Assembly (NCBI GenBank): GCA_003693705.1
Contig: RBZT01000633.1
Location: forward strand, 186,001 to 250,000
Source: Polymyxa betae A26-41
Lineage: Eukaryota > Protista > Endomyxa: Phytomyxea
Direction: 5' to 3'
DNA length: 64,000 nt
Both the position numbers and the translations under genes were made by a program. The notes beneath the pieces were generated by a model. That model was not told where the DNA came from. It did no database searches and saw only the letters and a program-made list of their open reading frames with translations. How positions within the stretch are numbered: the stretch's first letter is position 1; every line of letters starts with the position of its first letter. Positions 63,173 through 64,000 of this stretch are shown here, one piece after another.

Positions 63173-64000
63173 ATGGAGAAAGAAAATTTTGAAGACCTTT
63201 TTGCTTTTTAACTTCAAATTTTGTAGATGTGGACATAGACAAGTCTGCCGAAGCGCCGTCTGCATCAGCTTTTGAATTCAGGATGATATTGATTCGACCC
63301 ACGTACTACTGTTTGCTGCCGTTGTTTATTTGATTCACCAGTTATCAACTAACCAGAATGAGGTCGATTTATCTTGAATAGCGTTGCTCGAATTGTAATT
63401 GACGCTACACTTCAGACTTGAATATTAGTACCTAACCTTTGCATTGTAGTTGTCCCTTCAGCCGGTCGCTGCGGCGTCTGTCATCAATACTTCGGACTCT
63501 CGTTGATGACGATGTTGATGAAGATGACGAAGAACAGACCATGGAAACGTCCCTCAATCCCTCCAAGACCATATTCTAGACATTAGGCGGAAAATCCAAT
63601 CTTTTTACACTAGTTGACGACGATGAATCAGAAGTATGTTTTCAATAGTCGTCATTTACTTTCTAAAATATTGTTTTGTAGTGTTCGGGGTCGTCTTTGA
63701 CTATGGCTTTACAGTTAATTACAGCCAAAGTTTTGCAGTGTAATCAGGATGAGGATGATACCATTGAACAACCGTTAGTCATAGCAAAATCATCTGTCCA
63801 GAGCCTGTTATAATCAATGTGATAACATCGCTGCAATCGGAGGAGTTTTCTTCGAACTTTATTACAACCACTTCCAAGTCGCCTGATAAGCCAAAAGATA
63901 GACCAGCTCAGCGATTGTTGACATTTCCTCCCTCAGAAGAGGGAATCAATTTCTCTATCTCGACACCTCCAGAGACAGCGTCTGCTGAACTTGATCAATT
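63173..64000 (+). CDS. Possible 5' part of an acidic/Ser-rich hypothetical gene running off the window
   Basis: Acidic exon-like segments (DDDVDEDDEE; VDDDESE), intron-like GT..AG near 63634-63680, open frame to the window end; model unresolved. Confidence 0.3.

Overview
Gene-dense eukaryotic nuclear DNA in the standard genetic code. It holds about 30 protein genes, most split by very short (~45-58 nt) GT-AG introns plus two GC-AG introns, which is why the ORF track is fragmented. A flagellar radial-spoke gene (RSPH9), HAUS6, NOMO, a type II H+-PPase and a plant-like U6 promoter (USE-like element plus TATA) point to a flagellated protist with a compact genome. A phytomyxid/plasmodiophorid-like rhizarian is my guess, but that is inference only. 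Recognisable genes: CDK5RAP1/MiaB, PSMA1, NOMO, TMEM115, CPSF3, ValRS, RPL10, V-ATPase H, AlkB-type dioxygenase, ER DnaJ, eIF6, RSPH9, a DEAD-box helicase, two DH-PH RhoGEFs, HAUS6, NAA35, a CBS protein, U6 snRNA, MEMO1, NOP58, H+-PPase and cytochrome b5. Most notable observations: (1) a receptor-like gene fusing a bacterial PstS-type binding domain to a Cys-rich linker and a multi-TM module; (2) a quasi-palindromic promoter element (GTCCGTGACGCA-like) upstream of translation/ribosome-biogenesis genes; (3) a candidate structured Pol III-like ncRNA ending in a C/D motif; (4) a C2H2 zinc-finger pseudogene whose internal stops are all TGA; (5) a membrane-anchored pepsin-like protein with DFG/DPG catalytic motifs. 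Gene models were spliced by eye, so boundaries are approximate.
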